A stretch of DNA of 64,000 bases from Armatimonadota bacterium (GTDB taxonomy: Bacteria; Armatimonadota; UBA5829). Below, in pieces: positions 37,673 through 47,203 of this stretch. The first letter of the stretch is position 1; each line of letters begins with the position of its first letter. The notes beneath the pieces were generated by a model. The model had not been told where the DNA came from. It saw only the letters and a program-made list of their open reading frames with translations, and ran no database searches. Made by a program: the position numbers and the translations under genes. Location: contig JBPOHN010000012.1 of assembly GCA_052035525.1 (NCBI GenBank), positions 208,784-272,783 on the forward strand, read 5' to 3'.

Positions 37673-38500
37673 ATGACAAAGGAAGTATCACCTGCACTGC
37701 CGCAAATGACGGCCATAGCTCCCACGATATGCGAGACCATGGGCGTATCCTCGCGAGATTGTCACGGAGCGGCCCCGCTGCCGGGGATCCTTGATGCCGC
37801 GCGGCGGCTGGAAGGCCCTGTCGAGCGGTACCTGATAGTCGCCGGTGACGCTATCGGGGTCGAGCAGCTCACGAGGTATCCGGATGTCGCCGAAACGCTC
37901 TCACAGGCAGCTCCCGAAGCCGTCACCCTACGCGCGATGTCGCCCTCGGTCACGCCGGTCTGCTTCGGCTCCATGTTCAGCGGCGCGACCCCCGGTGTGC
38001 ACGGCATCACGGAGTATCGCAAGCCGGTGCTCACGGTCAGCACCATCTTCGACATCCTTCCCGCGGCGGGCAAGAGGGTCGCAATCGCGGCGGTGCCGGG
38101 ATGCAGCATGGACACGATATTCCGCAACCGGCCGATCACCTACTTCACCGAGCCCGACGACGACCACGTCCTCGACCGCGCGCTGAAGCTGCTGGAAGAG
38201 GATGCCTACGATTGCTTCGTGGCCTACTTCATCGGCTACGACAGCGCGCTGCACCGCACGACCCCGTGGAGCGAGGAAGCGATCTCAGCGATGCGGCAGG
38301 TCGCGCGGCGCTTCGAGCAGTTGGGCCGGGCGATCGATGAGCTGCCCTGGCGGCGGTTCAATCGCGCCATCCACTTCGCGCCCGATCACGGCGCGCACAT
38401 CGGCGAGAACGGCAAAGGCACCCACGGCTCAGACCTGCCGGATGATATGATAGTGCGGCACTACTTCGCCTTCCGCCCGGCAGATGCTGCCGCGCAATGA
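37673..38500 (+). CDS. Alkaline-phosphatase-superfamily (type I phosphodiesterase / nucleotide pyrophosphatase-like) protein
   Basis: ~275 aa with metal-ligand-like D/H positions (DHGAH near the C-terminus); adjacent to the EEP gene. Confidence 0.5.
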   Translation: MTKEVSPALPQMTAIAPTICETMGVSSRDCHGAAPLPGILDAARRLEGPVERYLIVAGDAIGVEQLTRYPDVAETLSQAAPEAVTLRAMSPSVTPVCFGSMFSGATPGVHGITEYRKPVLTVSTIFDILPAAGKRVAIAAVPGCSMDTIFRNRPITYFTEPDDDHVLDRALKLLEEDAYDCFVAYFIGYDSALHRTTPWSEEAISAMRQVARRFEQLGRAIDELPWRRFNRAIHFAPDHGAHIGENGKGTHGSDLPDDMIVRHYFAFRPADAAAQ

Positions 38501-38566
38501 AAAAGGCCGGCGGGAACTCCACCGGCCTTGGGCTGATCTCCAATGTCGATCTATGATCCGCAGTGG

Positions 38567-40258
38567 TCAGTCCGCCTTGACCTCCGGCTGATAGCCGCTC
38601 TTGGTTTCACGCGATCGGATCTCAACACGGCGGACCTTGCCGCTTATCGTTCTCGGCAGCACGTCCACGAACTCGATGATGCGCGGATACTTGTATGGCG
38701 CCGTGACCTTCTTCACGTGGTTCTGCAGCTCGGCTGCAAGCTCATCGGAAGCCGTGTAGCCCGGTGAGAGCACGACCGTCGCCTTGACCACCTGGCCTCT
38801 AAGCTCGTCGGGAACGCCCGTGATGGCGCACTCCAGCACTGCCGGGTGCTCGATCAGCGCGCTCTCGACCTCGAACGGGCCGATGCGGTATCCGGAGCTC
38901 TTGATCATATCGTCGTTGCGGCCGACATACCAGAAGTAGCCGTCCTCATCGCGCCAGGCGACATCGCCGGTGTAGTAGAGGCCGTCGTGCCACATGCGCT
39001 CGGTCAGCTCCTCATCGCGGTAATAACCCTTGAAGAGGCCGGGGACCTTCTCGGAGCCAGTGCGAATGACGATCTGCCCTTCCTCGCCGACGTCGCAGGA
39101 GTTGCCCTCATCGTTGACGATGTCAACATCGTAACACGGCGACGGCTTGCCCATCGAACCCGGCTTGGGCGTCATCCAAGGGAAGTTGGCGACCATGACG
39201 GCGGACTCGGTCTGCCCGAAGCCCTCCATAATCTTGAGACCGGTCGCGTTCAGAAAGCCCTGGTAGACCTCGGGGTAGAGCGGCTCGCCGGCGGTGACGC
39301 AGTATTTGAGCGCGCTGAAGTCGTAGCTGGACAAGTCTTGCTGGGCCATGAAGCGGTAAACGGTCGCCGGGCCGCAGAAGGTGGTGATCTTGTAGTCCTG
39401 CATCATCTGCAGTACGTCGGCGGGCTCGAACTTGCCCTCGAAGTCGTAGACGAAGTTGGCGGTGCCGGCGATCCACTGGCCGTAGATCTTGCCCCACGCG
39501 GATTTGGCCCAGCCGGTGTCGGATAGGGTCAGATGCAGGCCGTCGTCCTGCACGTTCTGCCAGAAGGCGGCTGTGAGGATGTGCCCGAGCGGGTAGGCAA
39601 AGTCGTGGTGCACCATCTTTGGCATTCCGGTAGTGCCGGAAGTGAAGTAGAGGAGCATCATGTCTTCGTTCTGCGTCGCCTCTGGACCGGTCAGTTTGCG
39701 CTCGAAGACCGGGGAGGCCTTCGCGACCGCCTCATCGAACGAGTGCCAGCCGGGGCGGCTCATGCGGATCACGGCCTTGTGCTGCAGTGTCGGGGAGTCC
39801 TTCTCCGCCTCATCGACCGCGTCCAGCACGCGTTCGTCATCGCAGGCGATGATCATCTTGATATCCGCGCGGCCGGTGCGATAGACGATATCCTTGGGCG
39901 TGAGCAGGTGAGTGGCGGGGATGGCGACAGCGCCGAGCTTGTGCAGCGCGACCATCGTCGCCCAGAACTCCCACCGGCGCTTGAGAATGAGCATCACGGG
40001 GTCGCCCTTGCTGATGCCGACCGCCCTAAGGAAGTTCACGATGCGGTTGCTGATCTCGGACAACTCGCCGAAGGTAAACGTCCGGCTGTCGCCCTTGTCG
40101 TTACACCAGACCAGCGCGCGCTTGTTGGGGCTTTCTTTCGCGTACCCGTCTACGATGTCGAACCCAAAGTTGAAGTTCTTCGGGATAATGATCTTGAGGT
40201 TCTTCTTGAAGTCCTCGTATGAGCTGAACTCGGTTCCTGAGACATATTTCTCGAGCAT
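38567..40258 (-). CDS. AMP-forming acyl-CoA synthetase (ACS-like)
   Basis: AMP-binding motif [11 protein letters not shown], plus ...YTGD...GR..D.IK..G. Confidence 0.9.
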   Translation of the reverse strand: MLEKYVSGTEFSSYEDFKKNLKIIIPKNFNFGFDIVDGYAKESPNKRALVWCNDKGDSRTFTFGELSEISNRIVNFLRAVGISKGDPVMLILKRRWEFWATMVALHKLGAVAIPATHLLTPKDIVYRTGRADIKMIIACDDERVLDAVDEAEKDSPTLQHKAVIRMSRPGWHSFDEAVAKASPVFERKLTGPEATQNEDMMLLYFTSGTTGMPKMVHHDFAYPLGHILTAAFWQNVQDDGLHLTLSDTGWAKSAWGKIYGQWIAGTANFVYDFEGKFEPADVLQMMQDYKITTFCGPATVYRFMAQQDLSSYDFSALKYCVTAGEPLYPEVYQGFLNATGLKIMEGFGQTESAVMVANFPWMTPKPGSMGKPSPCYDVDIVNDEGNSCDVGEEGQIVIRTGSEKVPGLFKGYYRDEELTERMWHDGLYYTGDVAWRDEDGYFWYVGRNDDMIKSSGYRIGPFEVESALIEHPAVLECAITGVPDELRGQVVKATVVLSPGYTASDELAAELQNHVKKVTAPYKYPRIIEFVDVLPRTISGKVRRVEIRSRETKSGYQPEVKAD

Positions 40259-40268
40259 GGCTAACCCC

Positions 40269-40853
40269 CTAGAGTATGATCGCCAGGAACTGAGCCGGCT
40301 GATCGTTCATGGCCCTCATGGAATGCGGATGGTTGGAATCGAAGAAGAGGGCATCTCCTTCGTTCAGGACAAGGTCGTGGTCATCGATTCTGACGGCGAG
40401 GGTCCCGCTGATCACGTAGTCGAACTCCTGACCCGGATGAGAGTTGGTCTCTTCGTTTGCTTCCTTGGGTTGGACAGTGACCAGCAGCGGCTCCATGCGC
40501 TTGTGCACGAAGTTCGGCGCGAGGCTCTGGTAGTCGTAGTGGTGGCTGCGCTTGATATCGACTCCCTTGCCCTTGCGGACGAGCGAGTAGGTATGCAGCC
40601 TCGGGGGCTCGCCGGTCAGCAATTCAGAAAGCTCGACCTTGAACTTGCTCGCTATCTCGTAGAGCAGGCTGACGGGGATATCGACCGCGCCGCTCTCGTA
40701 TTGCCGATAGATGTCGGCGCTGATACCCAGTTCCTTGGCAAGAGACTCGACCGTAAGGTCGGAGACTTCTCGAAGTTCCTTGATGCGTTCCGCGATTTCC
40801 TTTATCTCACCAGTCACGTTAGCCCCTCCCAGCTCAGCAGTATACTGCGTCAT
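40269..40853 (-). CDS. XRE-family HTH regulator with C-terminal cupin domain
   Basis: [29 protein letters not shown] (HTH_3) plus a cupin with HPHSMRA. Confidence 0.85.
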   Translation of the reverse strand: MTQYTAELGGANVTGEIKEIAERIKELREVSDLTVESLAKELGISADIYRQYESGAVDIPVSLLYEIASKFKVELSELLTGEPPRLHTYSLVRKGKGVDIKRSHHYDYQSLAPNFVHKRMEPLLVTVQPKEANEETNSHPGQEFDYVISGTLAVRIDDHDLVLNEGDALFFDSNHPHSMRAMNDQPAQFLAIIL

Positions 40854-41003
40854 TGTAACATGCGCGAGGCGGAGCTTAGGTTAAGCTTTGGTCACGGTAA
40901 TGCCCAATACTAGTACAGATTGGCACGGCTATGAGCAACCGTTTCACGCTGCCGTGTTGACCGCTGCCGATCCCCCTGCGATCTGCTCGGATGCGAAATC
41001 AGC

Positions 41004-41047
41004 GATCCTTCGACGGCGCTCAGGATGCTGATTTCGCTGCGTCAGAG
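41004..41047. repeat. Long near-perfect palindrome GCGAAATCAGCGATCCT...AGGATGCTGATTTCGC
   Basis: ~17-bp arms; located between the Gfo/Idh/MocA gene end and the XRE-cupin gene start. Confidence 0.5.
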
Positions 41048-41111
41048 TGCTGCTGTCGCTGCTCAGGGCTAGCGTCACCGATCCTCTGCAACCTATTGGA
41101 ATGCGTTCGGA

Positions 41112-42122
41112 TCACTCGAACGGCGTCTCTATGGACTTGCCCTCTTTGGCCGAGCGCTCGGCGTATTCGATGCACATGATTACGCGGCGGGCTTCCTCGG
41201 GCTTGACCTCCAGCGGTTTGCCCTTCAATAGGTGCGCGGCCAGGTTCGGATACCACTGCTCCCATGTGCTGGGCTGGTAGTTCACGGTCATCTCGGCCGG
41301 ATAGCCCTTCATGTCCACGAACGCCTTAAAGCTGCCGGCCCAGCGGTCCTCGATCGCGCCCCTAGTGCCAAGGATCCTCCAGCGGGGTTTGCCCACTTTG
41401 GCGATCTGGGAGATGGTGAGATCGGCAACAACGTCGTCATCGAAGCGGATGATTGCCTGGGTCTCGTCCTCATTGGTGATATCGTTCCAGACCCGCTTCT
41501 GGAAGAACCCGGTCACGTTCTTGATCTTGCGGCCCTCGAGGAAGTTCAATATCCAGTCCATCTGGTGCGCGCCCCAGTCATACATGCATCCGCCGGAGAT
41601 CTCCTTGGAGGTGCGCCACCAGTGGCCGGGGTGGCCCCACCCGCCCATGAACGCCTCGATGCGGAAGACGTCGCCGATCATGCCCTTCTTGATGAACTCC
41701 TTCACGGCCTTGTAGTCGCCATCGTGCCGGCGGTTGTGAAAAACGGTGAGGAGCACCTTCTTCTTCTTGGCGAGCTCGATCATCTCGGTCGCCTGATCGG
41801 TCGTGATGCACATTGGTTTTTCCAGCACTACGCCCTTGCCCGCCTTGAGGCACTCCATCGATACGGGATGATGCAGGTTGTGCGGGAGGATGTTCACGAC
41901 GTTGTCGATGTCCTTGTTCTTGAGCATCGACGCGAGGTCGTTGTAGGTAGCTATGCCGGGGTAATCAGCCGCCGCCGCTTCAGTCCGGGCAGGGTCGGTG
42001 TCGCAAACGGCGATCACTCTCATGCCGGGGCTGGCGTTGATCCATCCGGCGTGGGCCTTGCCCATTCCGAACGCGGCCCCGTAGCCGATGATTCCCCATC
42101 TAACTTCTTTCTTCTCAGCCAC
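41112..42122 (-). CDS. Gfo/Idh/MocA-family oxidoreductase
   Basis: WGIIGYGAAFGMGKAH Rossmann N-terminus, and ...EKPM... Confidence 0.9.
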   Translation of the reverse strand: MAEKKEVRWGIIGYGAAFGMGKAHAGWINASPGMRVIAVCDTDPARTEAAAADYPGIATYNDLASMLKNKDIDNVVNILPHNLHHPVSMECLKAGKGVVLEKPMCITTDQATEMIELAKKKKVLLTVFHNRRHDGDYKAVKEFIKKGMIGDVFRIEAFMGGWGHPGHWWRTSKEISGGCMYDWGAHQMDWILNFLEGRKIKNVTGFFQKRVWNDITNEDETQAIIRFDDDVVADLTISQIAKVGKPRWRILGTRGAIEDRWAGSFKAFVDMKGYPAEMTVNYQPSTWEQWYPNLAAHLLKGKPLEVKPEEARRVIMCIEYAERSAKEGKSIETPFE

Positions 42123-42289
42123 TTGGCGCTCTCCTTTGGCTCGGGTAGGTTGCTTTTTCGGACAGTATAGGCGTGAAGCATAGGGAGGTCAAGCCCATCG
42201 GAGGTGTCCACCGAAGTAGCCTGGGCAGCGATTACAACGGGACCGGCCCTGCCGGTCCCTTCCCTCAACCATAAGGCGTGGACCCTCAA

Positions 42290-43024
42290 CTATTTCCTGT
42301 GCTCCAGGAACCACGCTCCCAAATCCTCGTTGCGATAGGCATTGTCCCAGGAATTGTGGCCGACTCCTTCGTAGACCGTCAGCTTACATTGGCCGCCGGC
42401 GGCCTCGATCCACTTCTTCATGTTCTCGGAGCATTCGAGCTTAACTGCCTCGTCCTTGTCGCCATGGAAGGTCCAGATAGGCAGCCCAGCGACCTTCTTT
42501 GCCACTTCCTCACTCGCCCATCCACAGATCGGAGCGATCGCGGCGAACATGCCGGGATTCCTGGCGGCGATGTTCCACGTTCCGTGGCCGCCCTGGGAGA
42601 GGCCGGTCAGGTAGAGGCGGGAGTCATCGACGTTGAACTCGGCCCTGGTTTTCCTGAGGATCTCCATCACCATCGGCTCCTCGTCCTGCCACGCGGACTT
42701 CACGTCCTGCTTCTGCGGGAACATCACGATGAACGGCCACTTATCCGCGGCCAGCTTGATTGCGCCGCCGAAGTGATAGACCTGCCTCCAACCGTCAGTT
42801 CCGCACTCGCCCGCGCCGTTGAGGAAGATAATCGAGGGCATCGGCTTCTTGGGGTCATACGAGTCCGGAATGTAGACGACGTACTTCATATCCTTGCCGC
42901 CGACGGTAACCGTGCGGCTGAGGAACCCCTTTTCCGCCGGCGCCTTGTAGGCCGGAGCCGCGCTTGCGGCGATGCTTGCGATGAGAACTATGGCCAGAAT
43001 GATGACTGGTAGTGAACCGTGCAT
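42290..43024 (-). CDS. Secreted esterase / alpha/beta-hydrolase (PHB-depolymerase/CE1-like)
   Basis: Signal peptide, GLSQGG nucleophile elbow, IIFLNGAGE. Confidence 0.8.
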   Translation of the reverse strand: MHGSLPVIILAIVLIASIAASAAPAYKAPAEKGFLSRTVTVGGKDMKYVVYIPDSYDPKKPMPSIIFLNGAGECGTDGWRQVYHFGGAIKLAADKWPFIVMFPQKQDVKSAWQDEEPMVMEILRKTRAEFNVDDSRLYLTGLSQGGHGTWNIAARNPGMFAAIAPICGWASEEVAKKVAGLPIWTFHGDKDEAVKLECSENMKKWIEAAGGQCKLTVYEGVGHNSWDNAYRNEDLGAWFLEHRK

Positions 43025-43096
43025 GCTGCAACTCCTGATAGCTGAGATTCTGCGGGTATTATAGCATGGGAGCGCTGGCTTGCAGCCGGCGATCGG

Positions 43097-43534
43097 TCAG
43101 CTAGACCAAAGATCGTCCAGTGCCGATCTGGCCGCTGATAGAACGCGTTGCGAGACCCAGAGCGAGGATTCGTGTGCAAGCCGATCCAGCAGCGCCTCAG
43201 TGTCTTCCCTACTCACTAAGCCGCTGATGGCTGCCCACAGCACGATGCCTACCGTGCCGTGAGCTTCGATACCGACGGACTCGGCGAAGATACGAGCCGC
43301 CGAATCGTCCGTGAGGTACCAGTCCGCAGCAATCTGGCGAGCTAATGCCACTGAGTGCGCTTCGCCCCTGTGCAGGATTCCGGACGTCTCCCATGCGGAC
43401 GCCGTGTCGGCTGAGGCAGGTGTGAGAGTAACGATCTGAAGCCAGTCGGGTTTGTTGGACGACCAATGTGGGGCGAGGACGTCGAGTTCCTCAACCACTG
43501 CTGCTGGTATCACGACCTGGCCGACTGAACTCAC
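43097..43534 (-). CDS. DUF3368 (PIN-like) toxin candidate
   Basis: ...HRGEAHSVALARQIAADWYLTDDSAARIFAESVGIE...GIVLWA... is typical DUF3368. Paired with an upstream UPF0175 gene. Confidence 0.6.
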   Translation of the reverse strand: MSSVGQVVIPAAVVEELDVLAPHWSSNKPDWLQIVTLTPASADTASAWETSGILHRGEAHSVALARQIAADWYLTDDSAARIFAESVGIEAHGTVGIVLWAAISGLVSREDTEALLDRLAHESSLWVSQRVLSAARSALDDLWSS

Positions 43535-43595
43535 AGATCAAGCCGATCTATCTCGGCGAGATGGAGCAACGGCCCCGTGTCGGAGACAGCGGTTT

Positions 43596-43799
43596 TCATT
43601 GTTCCTGACGCTTCTGCTTGCGCGCCCAAGCGATATCCTCCAGCTGGAAACGCTCGGAGAGCAAGGGCTCGTGGTTCTGGATGTATTTCAGCAGCGCGAA
43701 GCGAATGGCCTCTTCCTCTGAGTTGAAGAACCCGGCGCGCATCAGCGCGTCAAGCTCGCTAGCAAGTCTGTCGTTCAACTGGACTTGAACTGTCTTCAT
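43596..43799 (-). CDS. UPF0175-family antitoxin candidate
   Basis: 67 aa; MKTVQVQLNDRLASELDALMRAGFFNSEEEAIRFALLKYI has the RHH-like UPF0175 signature. Confidence 0.6.
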   Translation of the reverse strand: MKTVQVQLNDRLASELDALMRAGFFNSEEEAIRFALLKYIQNHEPLLSERFQLEDIAWARKQKRQEQ

Positions 43800-43896
43800 C
43801 GGGGACCTCCGGTCGGATACAACTACGTTCTACCACATCTCGCTACCGGGCTTGTCTGGGAGAGAAATCGGGATGCTCGTCGCTTGCTTCAGTGAC

Positions 43897-44658
43897 CTAA
43901 GTGGGCGGTGGGTCTGAGTCTTTGCGAGCTATGAGTATCATTCTGTGGGACTGGCGGGTGAGGACAGAGGAATCGTATCCTCCGTAGGCTTGCTGGATCG
44001 TGAGGCCGGCTCGTCGGAGCATTTTCTGGATTTCGGTGTAGGTGTAGAGGCGGAGGGAGTGGGTGGTGTCGGTTCGGCGACCATCGTTGTGGATGGTTAC
44101 CTCGTGAGCGTTAAGACGCCCGGTGAGGGGGTCGAACTCGCGCTCCGAGAGTAGCAGATCACCGCGCGCATTCTCGCTCCATTCTATCGGACGGAAGTCC
44201 GCCATCAGCCCAAACGGGTTGAGGATGTCCAGGAAAAGCGAACCGCCTCCCTTAAGAGCCAGGGAGGCGGCGTTTATGACTTTTCGGTCCTCGTCATCGG
44301 TCTCAAGGTAGCCGAACGAGGTGAACATGCTAATCACGGCGTCGAACTCGCTAGTGAAGCCGATCTCGCGCATGTCGGCGTGTACAAGGGTCGGGTTGAT
44401 CCCCTCGGCGGCGGCAGCGGTCTTGCACTTCTCGAGCATATACTCGGAGAGGTCAAGCCCGACAACATCATAGCCGCGGCGAGCGAGATCGATCAGATGC
44501 CTGCCCTGCCCGCAGCAGAGATCAAGCACCTTCGCGCCCGGCTCGAGGGCTAGCTTGTCGATGACGAAATCAACCTGTGCGCGGCTGGTCTCGCTCTCGA
44601 CGTACCTGTCGAACCTTGCCGGGTCTTCGGCTGCGAATAGATCCTTGTACCACGTCAT
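43897..44658 (-). CDS. Class I SAM-dependent methyltransferase
   Basis: VLDLCCGQGRHLIDLARRGYDVVGLDLS (motif I). Confidence 0.85.
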   Translation of the reverse strand: MTWYKDLFAAEDPARFDRYVESETSRAQVDFVIDKLALEPGAKVLDLCCGQGRHLIDLARRGYDVVGLDLSEYMLEKCKTAAAAEGINPTLVHADMREIGFTSEFDAVISMFTSFGYLETDDEDRKVINAASLALKGGGSLFLDILNPFGLMADFRPIEWSENARGDLLLSEREFDPLTGRLNAHEVTIHNDGRRTDTTHSLRLYTYTEIQKMLRRAGLTIQQAYGGYDSSVLTRQSHRMILIARKDSDPPPT

Positions 44659-44719
44659 GGTAGTCTCCTCTCAGGTATTAGCCCTTGGCTGTTAGCGATC
44701 AGCGACGGCTAATGGCTCA

Positions 44720-44952
44720 AAAAACAAAAAGACCGCGGGAGTTCTCTCTCCGCGGCCTTTGGAAGTTTGCTTGTCTGAGTGTTACCAGTTACCAGATAAT
44801 GCCTGCTCCCTCCAGCCGCGATGCACGGGTAGTGCTAATAATGACGTGCATAAGCGCAACCAGGCCGCACTGCGGCTTGGCATACTTAACGCCGGCGTTA
44901 TTGAGCTGGAAGGACTGTATACTCATTGTCTTATGCTACGATTATCGGTCGT
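44720..44952 (-). ncRNA. Candidate ~230-nt small RNA of unknown class, with its own promoter and intrinsic terminator
   Basis: On the minus strand: -35 TTGACA (plus coordinates 44984-44989), 18-nt spacer, -10 TAAAAT (44960-44965). Terminator GCCGCGG-agagagaactc-CCGCGG (44731-44757) followed by UUUUUGUUUUUU. The 450-bp gap has lower GC and several internal hairpins (AACGCCGGCGUU; GCCGCaguGCGGC; AUGCACG...CGUGCAU). Confidence 0.35.
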
Positions 44953-45111
44953 ATGCTGCATTTTACCCAGTAGGTAGCAGACTTGTCAAGCTTTTTTTGT
45001 CTGGCGTGCGGAGCATGGAAGCCCGGAAGGTAGAAAGCTGGAAGAACGGGCCCAAATCTCTGTCTCGCACATTTCTGGCTTTCCGGCTTCCACGCTGAAG
45101 AAGACCTTCGC

Positions 45112-46047
45112 TCACCGCGGAGCCTTGCGGATGTAGACGGAGACGCCGGGGTAGGTGTTGGCGAGCGCGCGGCCCTTCTTATCACCAAGGACGCTGATGG
45201 CGGTCGAGAGGCCGTCGGAGGTGACGCCGTTTGGCGCAACGACGGTGACCGCGATCCTGTCGGTGAGGCCGAGGCCGGTTCTTGGGTCTACGATGTGCGA
45301 ATACCTCTTGCCGCCGATCTCAACGAACTGCTCAGTATCGCCTGATGATGACACGGCTGAGTTGGAGAGCGCAAGCATTCTGGGCTTGTCCAAGGATCGC
45401 GCCGCGTCTGCGTTGGCAATCTCGATCTCCCAGCCCTTCTTGCCAGGCGGCGGGCCGCTGACGACGATATCGCCGCCCATCTCCACAAGGGCACTCTTGA
45501 TTCCGTTAGCTTTGAGGGTGCGGATGGCCTCATCGCAGGCGTAGCCCTTGGCGATCCCGCCCAGATCGAGCTGCATTCCCGGCGTATCGAGCCTGACACG
45601 GGAGCCGATCGGATCGATGTGGACCTTCCGCCATCCGACAAGCTTGCGCGCCGCGGCGAGTTCATCCTTCGGTGGCAGTGTTCCCGCCTTGCGCGCCTTG
45701 CGCCAGAGCTTCACGACCGGGCCGATCGTCACATCGAATGCGCCGTTGGATCGCCGCGAGAGGTCCTGAGACTTGCGCAATATGAACAGCAGATCAGGGC
45801 TCACTTTGACCGCAGGCCCACCGGATGCCGCGGATAGACGCATCAGCTCGGAGTCCGGCCGATAATCGCTCATTGCGTCCTCAAGCTGCGCGATTCTGTC
45901 ATAAGCCGCCTTTGCTGACTTTTCGGCAGTAGATTCGTCAGGGGCGTACAGCACGATCCGCGCCCGCACGCCCATTGCGATCTCGGCGTACTCGAAGCGG
46001 TGCTGACCGTGCGCAACGGATGCTGTGGCTATGAGCAGGGCTAGCAT
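45112..46047 (-). CDS. apbE: FAD:protein FMN transferase
   Basis: ApbE family (...GGIAKGYA...). Start at MLALLIATASVAHG, a signal or lipoprotein-like N-terminus. Confidence 0.85.
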   Translation of the reverse strand: MLALLIATASVAHGQHRFEYAEIAMGVRARIVLYAPDESTAEKSAKAAYDRIAQLEDAMSDYRPDSELMRLSAASGGPAVKVSPDLLFILRKSQDLSRRSNGAFDVTIGPVVKLWRKARKAGTLPPKDELAAARKLVGWRKVHIDPIGSRVRLDTPGMQLDLGGIAKGYACDEAIRTLKANGIKSALVEMGGDIVVSGPPPGKKGWEIEIANADAARSLDKPRMLALSNSAVSSSGDTEQFVEIGGKRYSHIVDPRTGLGLTDRIAVTVVAPNGVTSDGLSTAISVLGDKKGRALANTYPGVSVYIRKAPR

Positions 46048-46191
46048 GGCCCAGCGAATGAACTCGCGGCTACGAGGGCGCAAAGTCCACCTCCGTGGAC
46101 CGGGGATTTGGATTCTCGGAGGGGGTCGCAAAGACCCCCTCTGACTGGATACGTAGATGCTGAGTCAAGTTCAGCATGACGGCCTAATCGG

Positions 46192-47112
46192 TTAGGCTTT
46201 CCGCCACTGCTCGCGCAGGAACTTCACCGACTTCGGCATCTCTACTTCTACATCGCCTACGCAGCCGCACTCGAAGCTGCAGAAGTCCTGGTAGTTAAGC
46301 ATCTTCAGGCCCTTGAAGCCGTTTCTGTAGTCGCGCTCGTCCTGGCCGGGCAGGTTACGCTTGATGGAGGCCAGGTGAACGTGGTGCAGCATGTCGCCGC
46401 CGGAGAGGAACGCGCCCATGTCGCTGGTTTCCTCAATATACATGTGGTAGAAATCGCCCATCACGCAAGCGGCCGGGTGGTTCACGTCCCGGCAGATGGC
46501 AGCCGCATCGGCGACCAGCCTCACATACCACGTTTCGCGGCGGTTCAGGGGCTCAAGAAGCATGCGCGTCCCGTGCTTGTGCGCGAACTCGCAGAGCTCA
46601 GGCAGCAGGTCCAGGAGCACTTTACGGCCCTCGATGTGGTCGAGCTTCGTCTGGCCGTTGAACGCAGGGACGAAGATCAGGCCGGTGGAGCCAATCGCGC
46701 CTGCCGCTTCCAGAATGACCTTCATCGACTCCACGCACTTCTTCCGAACTGCCGGGTCATCGCTCATCAGAGCGCCCTCGAACCCGGCGCAGACCGCGCT
46801 CATCTGGATCTTCGAGTTCTTCAGCGCCGCGTTGATCTCCTCAACCCGATTCTGGAGCCCACGGCCACCGACCTCGATCCCGTCGATGTCCCACGCTTCC
46901 ATCTTCGCCAGCTTCTCGGGCAGGTCCTTACCGGGCACCCGGCCTTCCTGGCTCGCTATCTTCAGCACGGCTCGTTTCGGCTTCGCTGTCTTCCGCGGAC
47001 CAACCAGTCCGGTATCCTCAACTCCAGCTTGAGCACCGCTGGCAAGCCCAGCAACAACTGCCGCGCTGCCTATCGCACCCATAGCCAGCAACTCGCGTCT
47101 ACTCACTTCCAT
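46192..47112 (-). CDS. Tat-secreted sugar-phosphate isomerase/epimerase (xylose-isomerase-like TIM barrel)
   Basis: MEVSRRELLAMGAIGSAAVVAGLASGAQA has a Tat signal; AP-endonuclease-2/XylA-like barrel. Confidence 0.8.
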   Translation of the reverse strand: MEVSRRELLAMGAIGSAAVVAGLASGAQAGVEDTGLVGPRKTAKPKRAVLKIASQEGRVPGKDLPEKLAKMEAWDIDGIEVGGRGLQNRVEEINAALKNSKIQMSAVCAGFEGALMSDDPAVRKKCVESMKVILEAAGAIGSTGLIFVPAFNGQTKLDHIEGRKVLLDLLPELCEFAHKHGTRMLLEPLNRRETWYVRLVADAAAICRDVNHPAACVMGDFYHMYIEETSDMGAFLSGGDMLHHVHLASIKRNLPGQDERDYRNGFKGLKMLNYQDFCSFECGCVGDVEVEMPKSVKFLREQWRKA

Positions 47113-47203
47113 TTTCCAAGCCTCCAGTTTGGAGCTGTTAGCCGTCAGCAATTAGCTGGAGCGTTTGGTTCCTGCTAACGGCCGACAGCTAATCGCTAAT
47201 GGC

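Noticed and set aside
45001-45110. Possible SRP-RNA-like CCGGAAGG motif with a closing helix (UGGAAGCC/GGCUUCCA)
   Set aside because: The match to SRP domain IV is partial and orientation-ambiguous. It may simply be the 3' UTR of apbE. Kept only as part of the low-GC gap noted in the findings.
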